Positions 23,698 through 33,800 of a stretch of 64,000 bases of DNA are shown here, in pieces. The number at the start of each line of letters is the position of its first letter. Position 1 is the stretch's first letter. The stretch comes from Marsupella aquatica. Its lineage: Eukaryota; Plantae; Marchantiophyta. The stretch lies in assembly GCA_973895155.1 (NCBI GenBank), contig OZ316892.1, forward strand, positions 24,499,971 to 24,563,970, in the 5' to 3' direction. Both the position numbers and the translations under genes were made by a program. The notes under the pieces are model-generated. The model did no database searches and was not told the DNA's origin. It saw nothing but the letters and a program-made list of their open reading frames with translations.

Positions 23698-26600
23698 GGA
23701 AGAGCAGCGGCCCCTCGCCTGGACGCACTGCAGCCAACAAAAGAGGCGCAGGAAGCTTGTCTGGCGCAAACGTATCAAGAGGCTTTGGCAGATATTCAGG
23801 GTGGCAATTTGGGGAAAGCTAGGGAACTGCTTGAGTCCATATTGCAAGACCCTATTATTCTGCAGTCAGCGGCAGCAAATGAGAAGAACTCCACTGGCTT
23901 CAGCCCCATGCTCCAACTGAGGTTTTCCGCGCTGAAGAATTTGGCTGAGACCTTGTACAAGCAGGATCCAAAGTACCACAGTGATGCTCTGGGCTACTAT
24001 CTCCAGGCGGCAGCCATTGACCGGGGTGACTCCGTTCTCTGGAATAGATTGGGGACGCTTGCATGTGCTCTGGGGCATCTGAACATCGCCAGGATTGCCT
24101 TTGAGCAGGGCCTGTTGTGTAGTCCACGGAATTGGCTGTGCATGGAGAAACTTGCCGAGGTGCTGATTGCAATCGGAGACGAGGAAGCATGTCGCCACAT
24201 TGTGAAGCGCTTGCTAACGATTTCTCCGTCGCATCCAAGAGCGAAGCACATTGAAAATGTACTTGAAGGGAGCGCTGATGCTGGTGAGATTCTCAATAAG
24301 CGTGGAAACAATTGCTATGGCTGTTTTGTCAAACTCGGCACATTGCCTCGTGGGCTGGATTTGTTGGAGCCTCAGCACTTCAGTTTGTCCGTTCCAATTA
24401 AACGTAACTTACGCACTGGAGATGAAGGCGAAGAAAGTTTTAAGAGAAGAAAAGTACAGCCTGAAGAAGTATGTCTTCCTGACTTATCTTGGGGTTCCAT
24501 CCTAATATCAGTGGTAGATTACCTTCAAGTCAATGTAGGCCAGAGAGGAGCAACCACTTGCTTGTCTTCCGCACAAGATGGGTTGAGTTTTGGTAAAGTG
24601 CTTACGTGCCCAGGAAATGTGCCATTAGTCAACAGCCTAATAGCTGTAGTGGCTGACAACAGATGTGCAAGTAACATTGAGACACCAGTTCAAAAGGAGC
24701 CAGTTCTGGAGAAACAAAAGTCAGTCCCTTCACAGTTGAATGCGTTGTCTAGTGAAAAACCGGCCTGCAACTCTCCTAGCAAGGCGGTCCAACTGGTTTC
24801 ACGTGATGCATCTTCAGAATCACTCACAATCTCTGGAGGGGAGAGGTTTACAGAAAATGCAAGGTCAGAGGATATGAGCATTCCTATTGATTTGAATCAC
24901 ACTAGAAAGCAAAGTAAGGTAGAGGCAAGTGGTCATTTGAAAGAAGGGGCAGTCTTCACGTACGAGGATGTACTTCCTTATCCAGAAAGGCGCATTACTC
25001 GTCTTGAGAGAATTCGCACTCAGAGAAATGACAAGGACGGGGACTTTGGAGACAAAGAAATTAACAAAGACCAGATAGTAAGGTTTAGGCAACTTCTTGA
25101 ACCATACGTGTGTACCGTTGCACCGAATGCAGGCACCAGTCAATCACACGGATTGAAAACTGTGGGCAGCAGAGTCGGTTGTATTGTGAGGCAAAATGCA
25201 GGTGGTGCAGAAGATTCAACTGGAACTTTTGAGGATACGGCTGTGCAAGAGGGAACCGTCCTCGATGAAGAAGTCAAAGTCCAACAGTTTCTTGAAGAAT
25301 TGAAAGTGAATAGTGGGCCTTATCATGTAGCTCAGGAGCTCTTAGAAACGCTGGCTGCGACTCACTGTAAGCGGAGTCTTCCCATTTCAAAATTACTCAT
25401 GCTTGAAAGCATGATCCGGCAATTCAGCTGGAAAACAAGAAGCATTCGGTGTTCTATATTTCTTGCAGAGATTTGTTTGGAGATGTTTTTGTCATCCTCT
25501 TGCGCAGATAGTAGTACCTCAAAGTACTTGAGTGAGTGCGGCTTCCATCTCGGCATGGTTCTGGAAAAGGCAGCATCCCAAGCTAATTTTCGAGAGCGGA
25601 TCTCATCCAGCAAGAAGTCTTCCAGGAGTGAAAGGCGCTCAAAAGAAATATCTAAGCTTAGAGATGTCGCTTCATGTGAGACTTCCAGTTCCAGTCAGCG
25701 TGAGTTTGAAAGTGCTGGAAAGGCTACAAAATTGCAGCACAAGGTGGAAATGGTTAATGCTGGCAAGGATAATGATTGGCCGCTGTGGGTACGGTTTCAT
25801 TGGTTAAAGGGGCAGTGGCAGATGTTTTCTGGGAGGCAGGAAGATGCATTTCAAGAATTGGCTCTATGCTCTGCCATTCTTGACAGTAGAACTGAGGAGG
25901 ATGAAAAGTTTGCTCAGATTTTCTTCCCGAACTCTGATGTGGAAACGGTTATAACCCCAGCTAAAGTTCTGCGAAAGGTATATGAGCTTAATGTAGATAA
26001 GTTGTTGAAGCATGAAGCCGTCCAAATGGTTGATCAGGCTAAGTTTTCGGATTTGATAGATCTTCTTTCACCTGTGTTACTTCCTGACAATGACTCACAC
26101 GAGGCCAACCTTGGTTATGATGAAACCAAAAGAGGTGTTGTTGATTCCTCTCCTGAGTATGTTGGGTTAAGTATGTTGATATCTGCTTGCGAGAGAATGA
26201 ATCCACCAAACCTGTGGTTGGCTTTGCAATGTCATGCACGGAAGCTGGAGTTCCTTTGCAGTGCTGTGAATGATATCAATACAACAAGTATAACATTTTC
26301 ATTGGAGTCAATACGACGTGATAGATGTTCTTCACCATTGGCCCTAGAACCCGAGCAAGGAAAAAGCAACTATGTTGAAAGCAGGCTCATTGCCGAGGAG
26401 GTTAAGTCTATATCAGGCTGCGCTGCCAGCATACGAGAGCACCTGGGAGAATCAGGATGCATGGTTACCAGTTCTGTTCAAGCATCGTTACTCCGGCAGA
26501 TTCAGCATCTTTTGCTTGATTCAATGTGCCAATACATCAAAAGTCATGACGAGGAGAGATCAACTCCTAGCCATGATGAGGACAGATCAGTTGATATCCA

Positions 26601-29600
26601 CTTCGACAGCTGCTTTTTTGTAGATTCATGCGTTGCATTCTGCAGACTTCAACATCTGGATGCAAATGCTACCTTAAAGCAACAGGTATCGCTCCTCGGA
26701 ACAGTTCATGATTTACTGGCAGGACGTGGGCTATGCTGTGCGGGAAAGGGCTGTTATGGAGGAGAGGGTGCCTTTTTGAAATTGGCCATCAAGCATCTGG
26801 GCACGGTGGAGCTTAGACTTAGACTCACATCTGGGCGGCAGGAAGGTGAGAGTGATAACAATCAAGTTTTCGAAATTGACAAGGAAGGTGAGAATGAAAG
26901 TTCACGTTCGTCTTCAGAGAAGCAGGAAGAAAATAGACGAGGGCCTAACGCTGGTGGAGCTGCTCGAGTCGATGAGAAACATCCAGCCAGAATTGCAAAA
27001 GAGGAGCAGGACGAGGAGGTCGAACAATACCGACTTGAGTTAGGTCTGGATTCTGTCATGGATCAGTGCTTTTTCTGTCTCTATGGACTGAACCTCAGAG
27101 GTGGCTTTGAAATAAGTACTCAGACTGATGGTCTCACAGAACATAAGAATACAAACCGTGGAGACTATGAAACACAGGAGCAGTGTGCTGGTGTGTACCA
27201 GTATATACTACCTTATGCAAAGGCTTGCACAAGAGCTCGGCTGATGAAGCTCCGGAAAGTCCTACGATCTGTTTACAAACAGTTTCCTAGTCCACCACCT
27301 GATGTGCTGGGTGGTAAGTCTGTGGATCATTTTCTGGATGATCTAGAATTTGATGAAGAGAGACTTCACAAGATGGTGGTTTCTGGCAAGAGTCTGAGTG
27401 ATGTTATAGGGTTTACGCTGAAATTGCCCTCCTCGGAACTTTCAAGACACGAGACAGAGGCATCAAAGGACGTTGGCATCGTCAATGATTCACAATCTAA
27501 TGGGAGCGAATGTCATCCAGCATCAGTCTCAGGTTTGGCTGTTGATCACGGGGAGCCGTACTTGGAGGTGTACGAGAACCTTTATTACTTGGTGAGTGAG
27601 GTTGAAGACATCAGTGCAAGTGAAAAGTGGGCTGGGTTTGTGCTCACGAAGGAAGGTGAAGAGTTCGTGGAGCAAAATGCCAAGCTTCTCAAGTACGACT
27701 TGTGTTTCAACCCCTTGCGTTTTGAAAGCTGGTACAAGCTTGCTAAAATATATGACGAAGAGGTGGACTTGATGCTAAATGATGGGAGTAAGAATATTAA
27801 TGTAGTTGACTGGCGGGGAAACAACCAATTGACACACAGAGTTGGCGTAAGTCGACGGCGTGCACGGCGATGTTTACTGATGACGTTGGCTCTCTCCAAC
27901 ACCCCTGAGAAACAGAGTGAAATACATGAATTGCTTGCTCTCGTCTACTACGATTGTCTTCAAAATGTTGCACCTTCTTTTGATCAAAGGAGGCATGTTC
28001 CGGGGAGAGATGCCGCTTGGTTCTCTCTTTGTAAAAAGGCGATCAAACACTTCCAAGGGGCATTCACACACAGGCCTGACTGGACACATCTCCTTTATAT
28101 TGGGAAGCTTTGCGAAAAGCTTTCCCGCCCAAGTGAGGAAGCGTTTGACTATTACAGGCGAGCTGTGGAGATGAAATCATCTGCTGTTGACCCTGTTTAT
28201 AGACTTCATGCGTCACGGCTCAAGCTCCTGTGCAAGATTGAGGAAGAAGACGTGAAAACTCTTCAAGTGATTGCGCTTCACTGTTACGTGCCATTAACCA
28301 AAGAGAAAGTGTTTGGCCTTCTAGAATGTATTTCAGAGGCCACTCCCGAGATTCTCTCGTCCCCAAATTGTGCTGAGACTTTAAACAACAGTGAACTGAT
28401 TTTGCAAATTAGGAGGCAGCTGTTGGATGACTGTCTCACAGCCATGAAAGTCTGCGTGGAAGGTGAGCTGAAGCATTACCACAAGGCCAGATTTCGCATG
28501 GCACATTGCCTATGTAGTGCTACTGAGATTCAAGATTTGGACCGGGCAAAAGAAGAACTGGCATTTTGTTTCAGGTCAAGTCGCTCACTGTTTACAATCA
28601 ATATGTGGGAAATTGATAGCAGTTTGCGAAAAATCAGACGAAAAGCAGCCCATCAAACCAATCTGGATGTGCAAATGCCCGAGAGTTCACGCAAATTCAT
28701 TACCTGTGTACGCAAATATCTTGTATTATATCTTGCCCTGTGTGAAAAAACTGGTGATATTTGTACATTAGAGCGGGCCTTTTCTTCACTGAAGACGGAC
28801 AAAAAGTTTTCTCTTTGTTTAGATGATCTATCACGGGTGGCATTGGGAAAGTATGTACAAGCACTGGTGGTCGCAATTTGGCAAGCAGATGCTGATGGGG
28901 TAGTCTCTCTCCCTACCTTGTACTCTCTGCTTGAAAAGTTTTTTAATCTTTTCATGGAATTTGGAACTTCATGGCCGGAATCTCTCGAAACAAGCCTTGC
29001 AGAGGCTGAGGTTCCTACCACGGCCGAGTTTTCTGAAGATTCAATCTATGGATACATCCATCGGTATCTGGATGTTCTGGAAAATGATTTGAAGCTGGAT
29101 ACCATGGAGGCAATCAATGAGAAGATAAGAAAGCGCTTCAGGAGTTTGAAGCCGGCGGCTTCCCCAATCTCCCAAGTTTGCCAGCACTCCTGTCTATCAT
29201 GGGCCAGAGCTCTTTGTTGTGCTTTGGCGTCAATCACTCCCCTGCCTGAACGAAGACCGTCCGAAGTCAATGTGAGTTCAGACACAACAGCTGGGTTGAT
29301 TGTAGACTTACAAGAGGATATCTTCATGGCAAGCTCGTATCAGGTGACAGGTCGTACAGAACAGGTGATGCAGACAGACATCAGATGTGTTTCAGGATCC
29401 GTGATTTCATCCATGAGAGCTGTCCCGGTGAAGAGAGCATCTGCGGACAATCTCGAAAGGGCAACTGCCTTGTTGCGGTCGGCTTATGTTTTCTATCGTG
29501 ATAGTTTGTCTGGACCATTTCCAGATGGAATTAATCTATTCCTAGTTGCAGTGGCTGCCGGCGACGGAAGCAATGGAGTGCATAATTCTGAACTGGATAT

Positions 29601-29778
29601 CAGCATCCCAAGGAAGCTTCTTCTCTGGGCTTTTACTCTTGTCCATGGACGAACAGGTACTGTTGCTGAAGCTGTGAAGTACTGCGAGGAGCAGGCAAAG
29701 CCCAGGAAGAAGAGTACTCCTGTCAGTGGTTCTCTTGGCACAGCACCTGCCGCAATTGTGAATAATTATCGGGAGTAG
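23671..29778 (+). CDS. CABIN1: Calcineurin-binding protein 1 (HIRA histone-chaperone complex subunit), TPR protein, ~2035 aa, single exon
   Basis: Uninterrupted ORF. The N-terminus MFSIAAIN...PTKEAQE...KARELLESILQDPII...LRFSALKNLA...D(S)VLWNRLGTLAC...ARIAFEQGLLCSPRNWLCMEKL matches plant CABIN1. Further conserved blocks include KYDLCFNPLRFESW and PESSRKFITCVRKY. Confidence 0.93.
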   Translation: MFSIAAINGGRAAAPRLDALQPTKEAQEACLAQTYQEALADIQGGNLGKARELLESILQDPIILQSAAANEKNSTGFSPMLQLRFSALKNLAETLYKQDPKYHSDALGYYLQAAAIDRGDSVLWNRLGTLACALGHLNIARIAFEQGLLCSPRNWLCMEKLAEVLIAIGDEEACRHIVKRLLTISPSHPRAKHIENVLEGSADAGEILNKRGNNCYGCFVKLGTLPRGLDLLEPQHFSLSVPIKRNLRTGDEGEESFKRRKVQPEEVCLPDLSWGSILISVVDYLQVNVGQRGATTCLSSAQDGLSFGKVLTCPGNVPLVNSLIAVVADNRCASNIETPVQKEPVLEKQKSVPSQLNALSSEKPACNSPSKAVQLVSRDASSESLTISGGERFTENARSEDMSIPIDLNHTRKQSKVEASGHLKEGAVFTYEDVLPYPERRITRLERIRTQRNDKDGDFGDKEINKDQIVRFRQLLEPYVCTVAPNAGTSQSHGLKTVGSRVGCIVRQNAGGAEDSTGTFEDTAVQEGTVLDEEVKVQQFLEELKVNSGPYHVAQELLETLAATHCKRSLPISKLLMLESMIRQFSWKTRSIRCSIFLAEICLEMFLSSSCADSSTSKYLSECGFHLGMVLEKAASQANFRERISSSKKSSRSERRSKEISKLRDVASCETSSSSQREFESAGKATKLQHKVEMVNAGKDNDWPLWVRFHWLKGQWQMFSGRQEDAFQELALCSAILDSRTEEDEKFAQIFFPNSDVETVITPAKVLRKVYELNVDKLLKHEAVQMVDQAKFSDLIDLLSPVLLPDNDSHEANLGYDETKRGVVDSSPEYVGLSMLISACERMNPPNLWLALQCHARKLEFLCSAVNDINTTSITFSLESIRRDRCSSPLALEPEQGKSNYVESRLIAEEVKSISGCAASIREHLGESGCMVTSSVQASLLRQIQHLLLDSMCQYIKSHDEERSTPSHDEDRSVDIHFDSCFFVDSCVAFCRLQHLDANATLKQQVSLLGTVHDLLAGRGLCCAGKGCYGGEGAFLKLAIKHLGTVELRLRLTSGRQEGESDNNQVFEIDKEGENESSRSSSEKQEENRRGPNAGGAARVDEKHPARIAKEEQDEEVEQYRLELGLDSVMDQCFFCLYGLNLRGGFEISTQTDGLTEHKNTNRGDYETQEQCAGVYQYILPYAKACTRARLMKLRKVLRSVYKQFPSPPPDVLGGKSVDHFLDDLEFDEERLHKMVVSGKSLSDVIGFTLKLPSSELSRHETEASKDVGIVNDSQSNGSECHPASVSGLAVDHGEPYLEVYENLYYLVSEVEDISASEKWAGFVLTKEGEEFVEQNAKLLKYDLCFNPLRFESWYKLAKIYDEEVDLMLNDGSKNINVVDWRGNNQLTHRVGVSRRRARRCLLMTLALSNTPEKQSEIHELLALVYYDCLQNVAPSFDQRRHVPGRDAAWFSLCKKAIKHFQGAFTHRPDWTHLLYIGKLCEKLSRPSEEAFDYYRRAVEMKSSAVDPVYRLHASRLKLLCKIEEEDVKTLQVIALHCYVPLTKEKVFGLLECISEATPEILSSPNCAETLNNSELILQIRRQLLDDCLTAMKVCVEGELKHYHKARFRMAHCLCSATEIQDLDRAKEELAFCFRSSRSLFTINMWEIDSSLRKIRRKAAHQTNLDVQMPESSRKFITCVRKYLVLYLALCEKTGDICTLERAFSSLKTDKKFSLCLDDLSRVALGKYVQALVVAIWQADADGVVSLPTLYSLLEKFFNLFMEFGTSWPESLETSLAEAEVPTTAEFSEDSIYGYIHRYLDVLENDLKLDTMEAINEKIRKRFRSLKPAASPISQVCQHSCLSWARALCCALASITPLPERRPSEVNVSSDTTAGLIVDLQEDIFMASSYQVTGRTEQVMQTDIRCVSGSVISSMRAVPVKRASADNLERATALLRSAYVFYRDSLSGPFPDGINLFLVAVAAGDGSNGVHNSELDISIPRKLLLWAFTLVHGRTGTVAEAVKYCEEQAKPRKKSTPVSGSLGTAPAAIVNNYRE

Positions 29779-30245
29779 GATATCTGTGTGGATGCCGTTG
29801 GCTTGACTTTGATTACAAGCTGAGTTTTGTTCCAGTATAGAAATTGCAGAGTAAAATTCATGGTTATTTCGTGACCATTTTCCCTCGGTACATCTGCTGT
29901 GATTGTGAATAATTCTCGCGAGTAAAAGATCTATCGATGCGATCATCTCAAAATTGATTACGAGCTACAATTCTTCCAATGTGGAAATTGCAGAGCAAAA
30001 TTCATGGACCTTCTCCCTTTTGTTCCGAAGAGTTCCATCTTTTGATTATTGTGGTGCGTCATGTGTGTATGCAAAGATCCTAAGTCTCAGAGACCTAAAG
30101 AAACGGGCTGAACGGTGTACTAACGTTCAGATTATGGATGTAAGAAATGTTCCCATTTAGTGTGGTTGGTGTGTCAAGCCTTCTAATTTCTTTTAGAAAA
30201 CCATGGTTATTTTTCAAAACCTTGCGTTTTGAGCTTGAGGCATTT

Positions 30246-30282
30246 CTGTAATAGATCCACAGAGATCGTGGATCTATTACAG
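30246..30282. other. Perfect hairpin: 15-bp stem, 7-nt loop
   Basis: ctgtaatagatccac-agagatc-gtggatctattacag. Confidence 0.85.
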
Positions 30283-30895
30283 GTTTTGTCCGCCCTTAGA
30301 TTTTGATTATATGGAGCTTTTGGTTCCACCTAGCCAGCCCTTCCACCCCACTCTCCCTTGACACCCCCAAAAGCTCTGAAGCCCTCAAAGCACTTTGATT
30401 GAGGAATATTACTTCCATGCTTTTGATAGAGTGACGTGATTCATTGTGTGGTAAGAAAAGGACATTCCTCAACAGGGTCAGAAAGGAGGGATGTACAAAT
30501 GCCTTACATTTACAACCCTTGTGTATTCTACTAGAATTACCATGAATCTGATTATCAACATGGATCAGATAAATCCTATACTGCTGATGTTGGGTAAGCA
30601 CTGAACTGAACTGAACTGAAGCCCTCACATGTGCTTATGATGGTTTTGTTTGATATAGAGGTGACGAACGAGTTTGGACTATTTTCATTGCTATGATAGC
30701 ATCAAATTTGCCTGTTTGATGTTGAAGGGACGAGTGTAGCTCTTATTTGCCCTGGTCCTTGCAACATCTTAGTTGGGTAAAACAGGGTTCTCAATTGTGA
30801 GCTTTGACTGAGACTGGGCGGTCCGGAGGAGTGACCAGGTCAAGGCATGCACGGAGGTTGCACTGCAGGGCGGGCTCGATGACCTGGGACTGAAT

Positions 30896-33800
30896 CTAGT
30901 GCAAGCGTTTAGGGTCCCATGCAGCTCGGATTTGCGACATAGGAGGTTTCCTCATCTTGTCAATGACGTCTATGTCAGTAGTCCAGACCGGGTGGAGCGA
31001 TGGGCTACATAGAGAAAATTTCCTTGACGGATTATATTACAGCAATGCCAACGTGTTAACAACTCCCTCGCATTAAAAACCTATACCAGCCACGTTCCTG
31101 ACAAGCGCTAAGTATATTTAGTGACCAATAAATTAGCTATCTCAAACACAGAACCCATGCAAAAAACATGTCTTCCTAAATCCTAAACCTGCCTTCCAGA
31201 ACCCTAAATCTAGCTCTTCGGAGGTGAAGATTTGCTTGTGAGGGAACCAAGCCTTGTATTGGCCGCCAGTTGCCATATATTGATATAACCTAGGATTTCG
31301 AGTTGGTGTTTGGGTAGGATCACCTGAACCTGTAGCTCTTTGGGACTGGCAATTCACTAGTTGCTCCGACTTCACCAGGTTCGGTCGATCGTTCCACTCT
31401 CAACTCACCTTCGGAGAGGCCCTCACTTATGCTACTATCACCTCCTCCAATTTCTGGCCTTGGTGGCCGCAACTGCATGAAAGCCAGCTTAGAAATCTCT
31501 CCTGGCTCTGAAATAATGTCTCGACCTCCTGTATGTCTATTCACCAGCAACCTCGGACCAAAATATTCACCCTCTGATGGCATTTGACCTGCTTCAACTT
31601 CACCTGTAAACGCAACAGGGAAAGTTAATATTTATCAGTTAATGTGCATCAGACTATTTAGATCTCTGTCAAGAAATCTTCTTGACCCACTCTCTCTCCC
31701 CAATAACGAAACAAAGTGCTAGAATTTAAATTGCAGAGCTTTAGCTGAGATCAAACACCATACAAATAGGCTTGGTTGTGGGCTTGGACCTCTAGAGAAG
31801 GTTTGCATTTCAATTTCCCTGACAACGTGGTTGGGGTTTGTATATACATTCTCATTTGAAACCGGATATTAGTAGCCGACGTAACGGCTGTAGGAAAATT
31901 AATTAATTTGAAAAGAGACATGAATGTTACACAATTCCCTGCAACCCTTGGTCCTAGACAACCAGTACGTTGGTCAAGACAACGGATCCCTTTACATACC
32001 CTCAGATAATGGCAGAGTCCGTGAACTAAAATGTCTCCGCAAAGTTTTCTGGTTTTCATCCAGTCCATGTAAGGATATTCCACACGCGCCCAGGATTTCA
32101 CCACTAGATCGAGAGCTGGTTTGAGAAAACCCCACTTGACCTGCTGGTTTTGGACTCCTATGCTTGAACTGCCGAAATCCATCACGGCTCGATTGACCTG
32201 AAGATTCCACAGAACCTATGGGTCTGGTGCGCTTCACAGATCCCTCTGATGAGCCTGACCCATCATACGAAGCTACTAGCACACTGCTTCTGGCAGTGTC
32301 AACACTGTCGCTCGTTCCTGGTTCAGGTTGGTCACTTCTTCCAGCATGCTGACTCAAGATAAAATCACCTGGTGCACATCCAGAAAGACTATAAAATTAT
32401 GTAACGTGCAACACCTACAAAGAAGTGCGGCATTTCAAACTAAGAGATTTCTTTGAATGCTGAAGGCGTCTTGAGGTATTTAAGAAATACAACCGTACAT
32501 GTATAAGACAATCCGTAGTGGGTTAAACTATCACTGACATTTTTTCCTCATTACGCAAATGTTTTCTGCTGTCTCTACAATGTGAAAGAAATGGTCCGCC
32601 TGCAATGATCGTCCCCAAAGAAGAGCTTCATTCACTACAAATTGAGCACTACCTACAAAAAATAACCAAAATAGTTATTTGCATTTTATGTCACAGAGCA
32701 TTTTGTCCATAGAGCACTTACTTGCGCTAGCGATATGGGTAGGCAGAGAATCGAGTGCCGGTGTTATCTCACTCCTGTTATCAAATACCGAGTCAAAGAT
32801 TTTAGAGTACGGCCGAAGTGCCAAGGATCAAACGAAGCTGTATATGACAACCCACTCTCCACACCGATGGTACTATCGCAAACGTGTACCTCGATTCCTA
32901 CAGTCACCAAATAATTAAAAAAATATGGCATGTGACCATTTCTTTGTTGCTAAAATTTCTCAGTTCAACATGAGCTTCAGGGACCAAATACGTTCAAGCG
33001 CCATAATATTAACCAAATTGAAAATCTTTGAAATTGAATGAAGGAATCGTACCTGGATTTCTTGTAAGAATTCTCAGCAATGATTGACTTTAATAGAGGG
33101 TCTTCCGCTTCCTTAACTGTAGTTGAATAAGGTGGCAGGTGGGCTCCTTGATCGCTTGGCTGTGTACCTCCATCTTGCATGGTTCGACTAACTTCTTCTC
33201 TTCCACATGCCTCAGCATCATCACTCGAACCCTCGTCAAATAATTGACCGACAATACCTCGTGCAATTCTAGGACGGGCTAGAGCTGATGCAACTCTCGA
33301 TTCGTGTTCTGGAGAAGACAGAATTGTACTTGGAGTTGCTAGTGATGAGCGACACGAGTCCAAAGATGAATGAGAGCCTTCAGAGACATCCACACAAATC
33401 TTTCCTGCGCGTGAAGAGGTTCTTTTGGTAGACGTCGGAGCTGACTTGACAGCAGTTGAAGGTTGAGAGGGACCTTCTGTAGCTGAAGGATTTAACGAGG
33501 ATGGTCGGGAAACGGGATTACTTAAACTTGTTTGGGCATCTTGTACAATACAACTGGGTACTTGGGTTTGTTGGCTCCTTTGTACAACGGGAGCTACCGG
33601 CATGACAGAGGTCTGGGAGACAACCTGAGGAAACGGAGCAGATGGAGGATATATATATTGAGGTGGGAATATTGGAACAACCGCTGCAGCATACTGGGAA
33701 GAAATGAACTGTGAACCAGCCTGCCCTTCGACAGTCATGGGCACAGTACTTGCCGGAGAAGGAACTCCAGAGGGAGGGCAGGGGAAAGGATACATGGAGT

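Noticed and set aside
23866-29946. Numerous antisense and alternative-frame ORFs over CABIN1
   Set aside because: These are the expected shadow ORFs of a long coding sequence.
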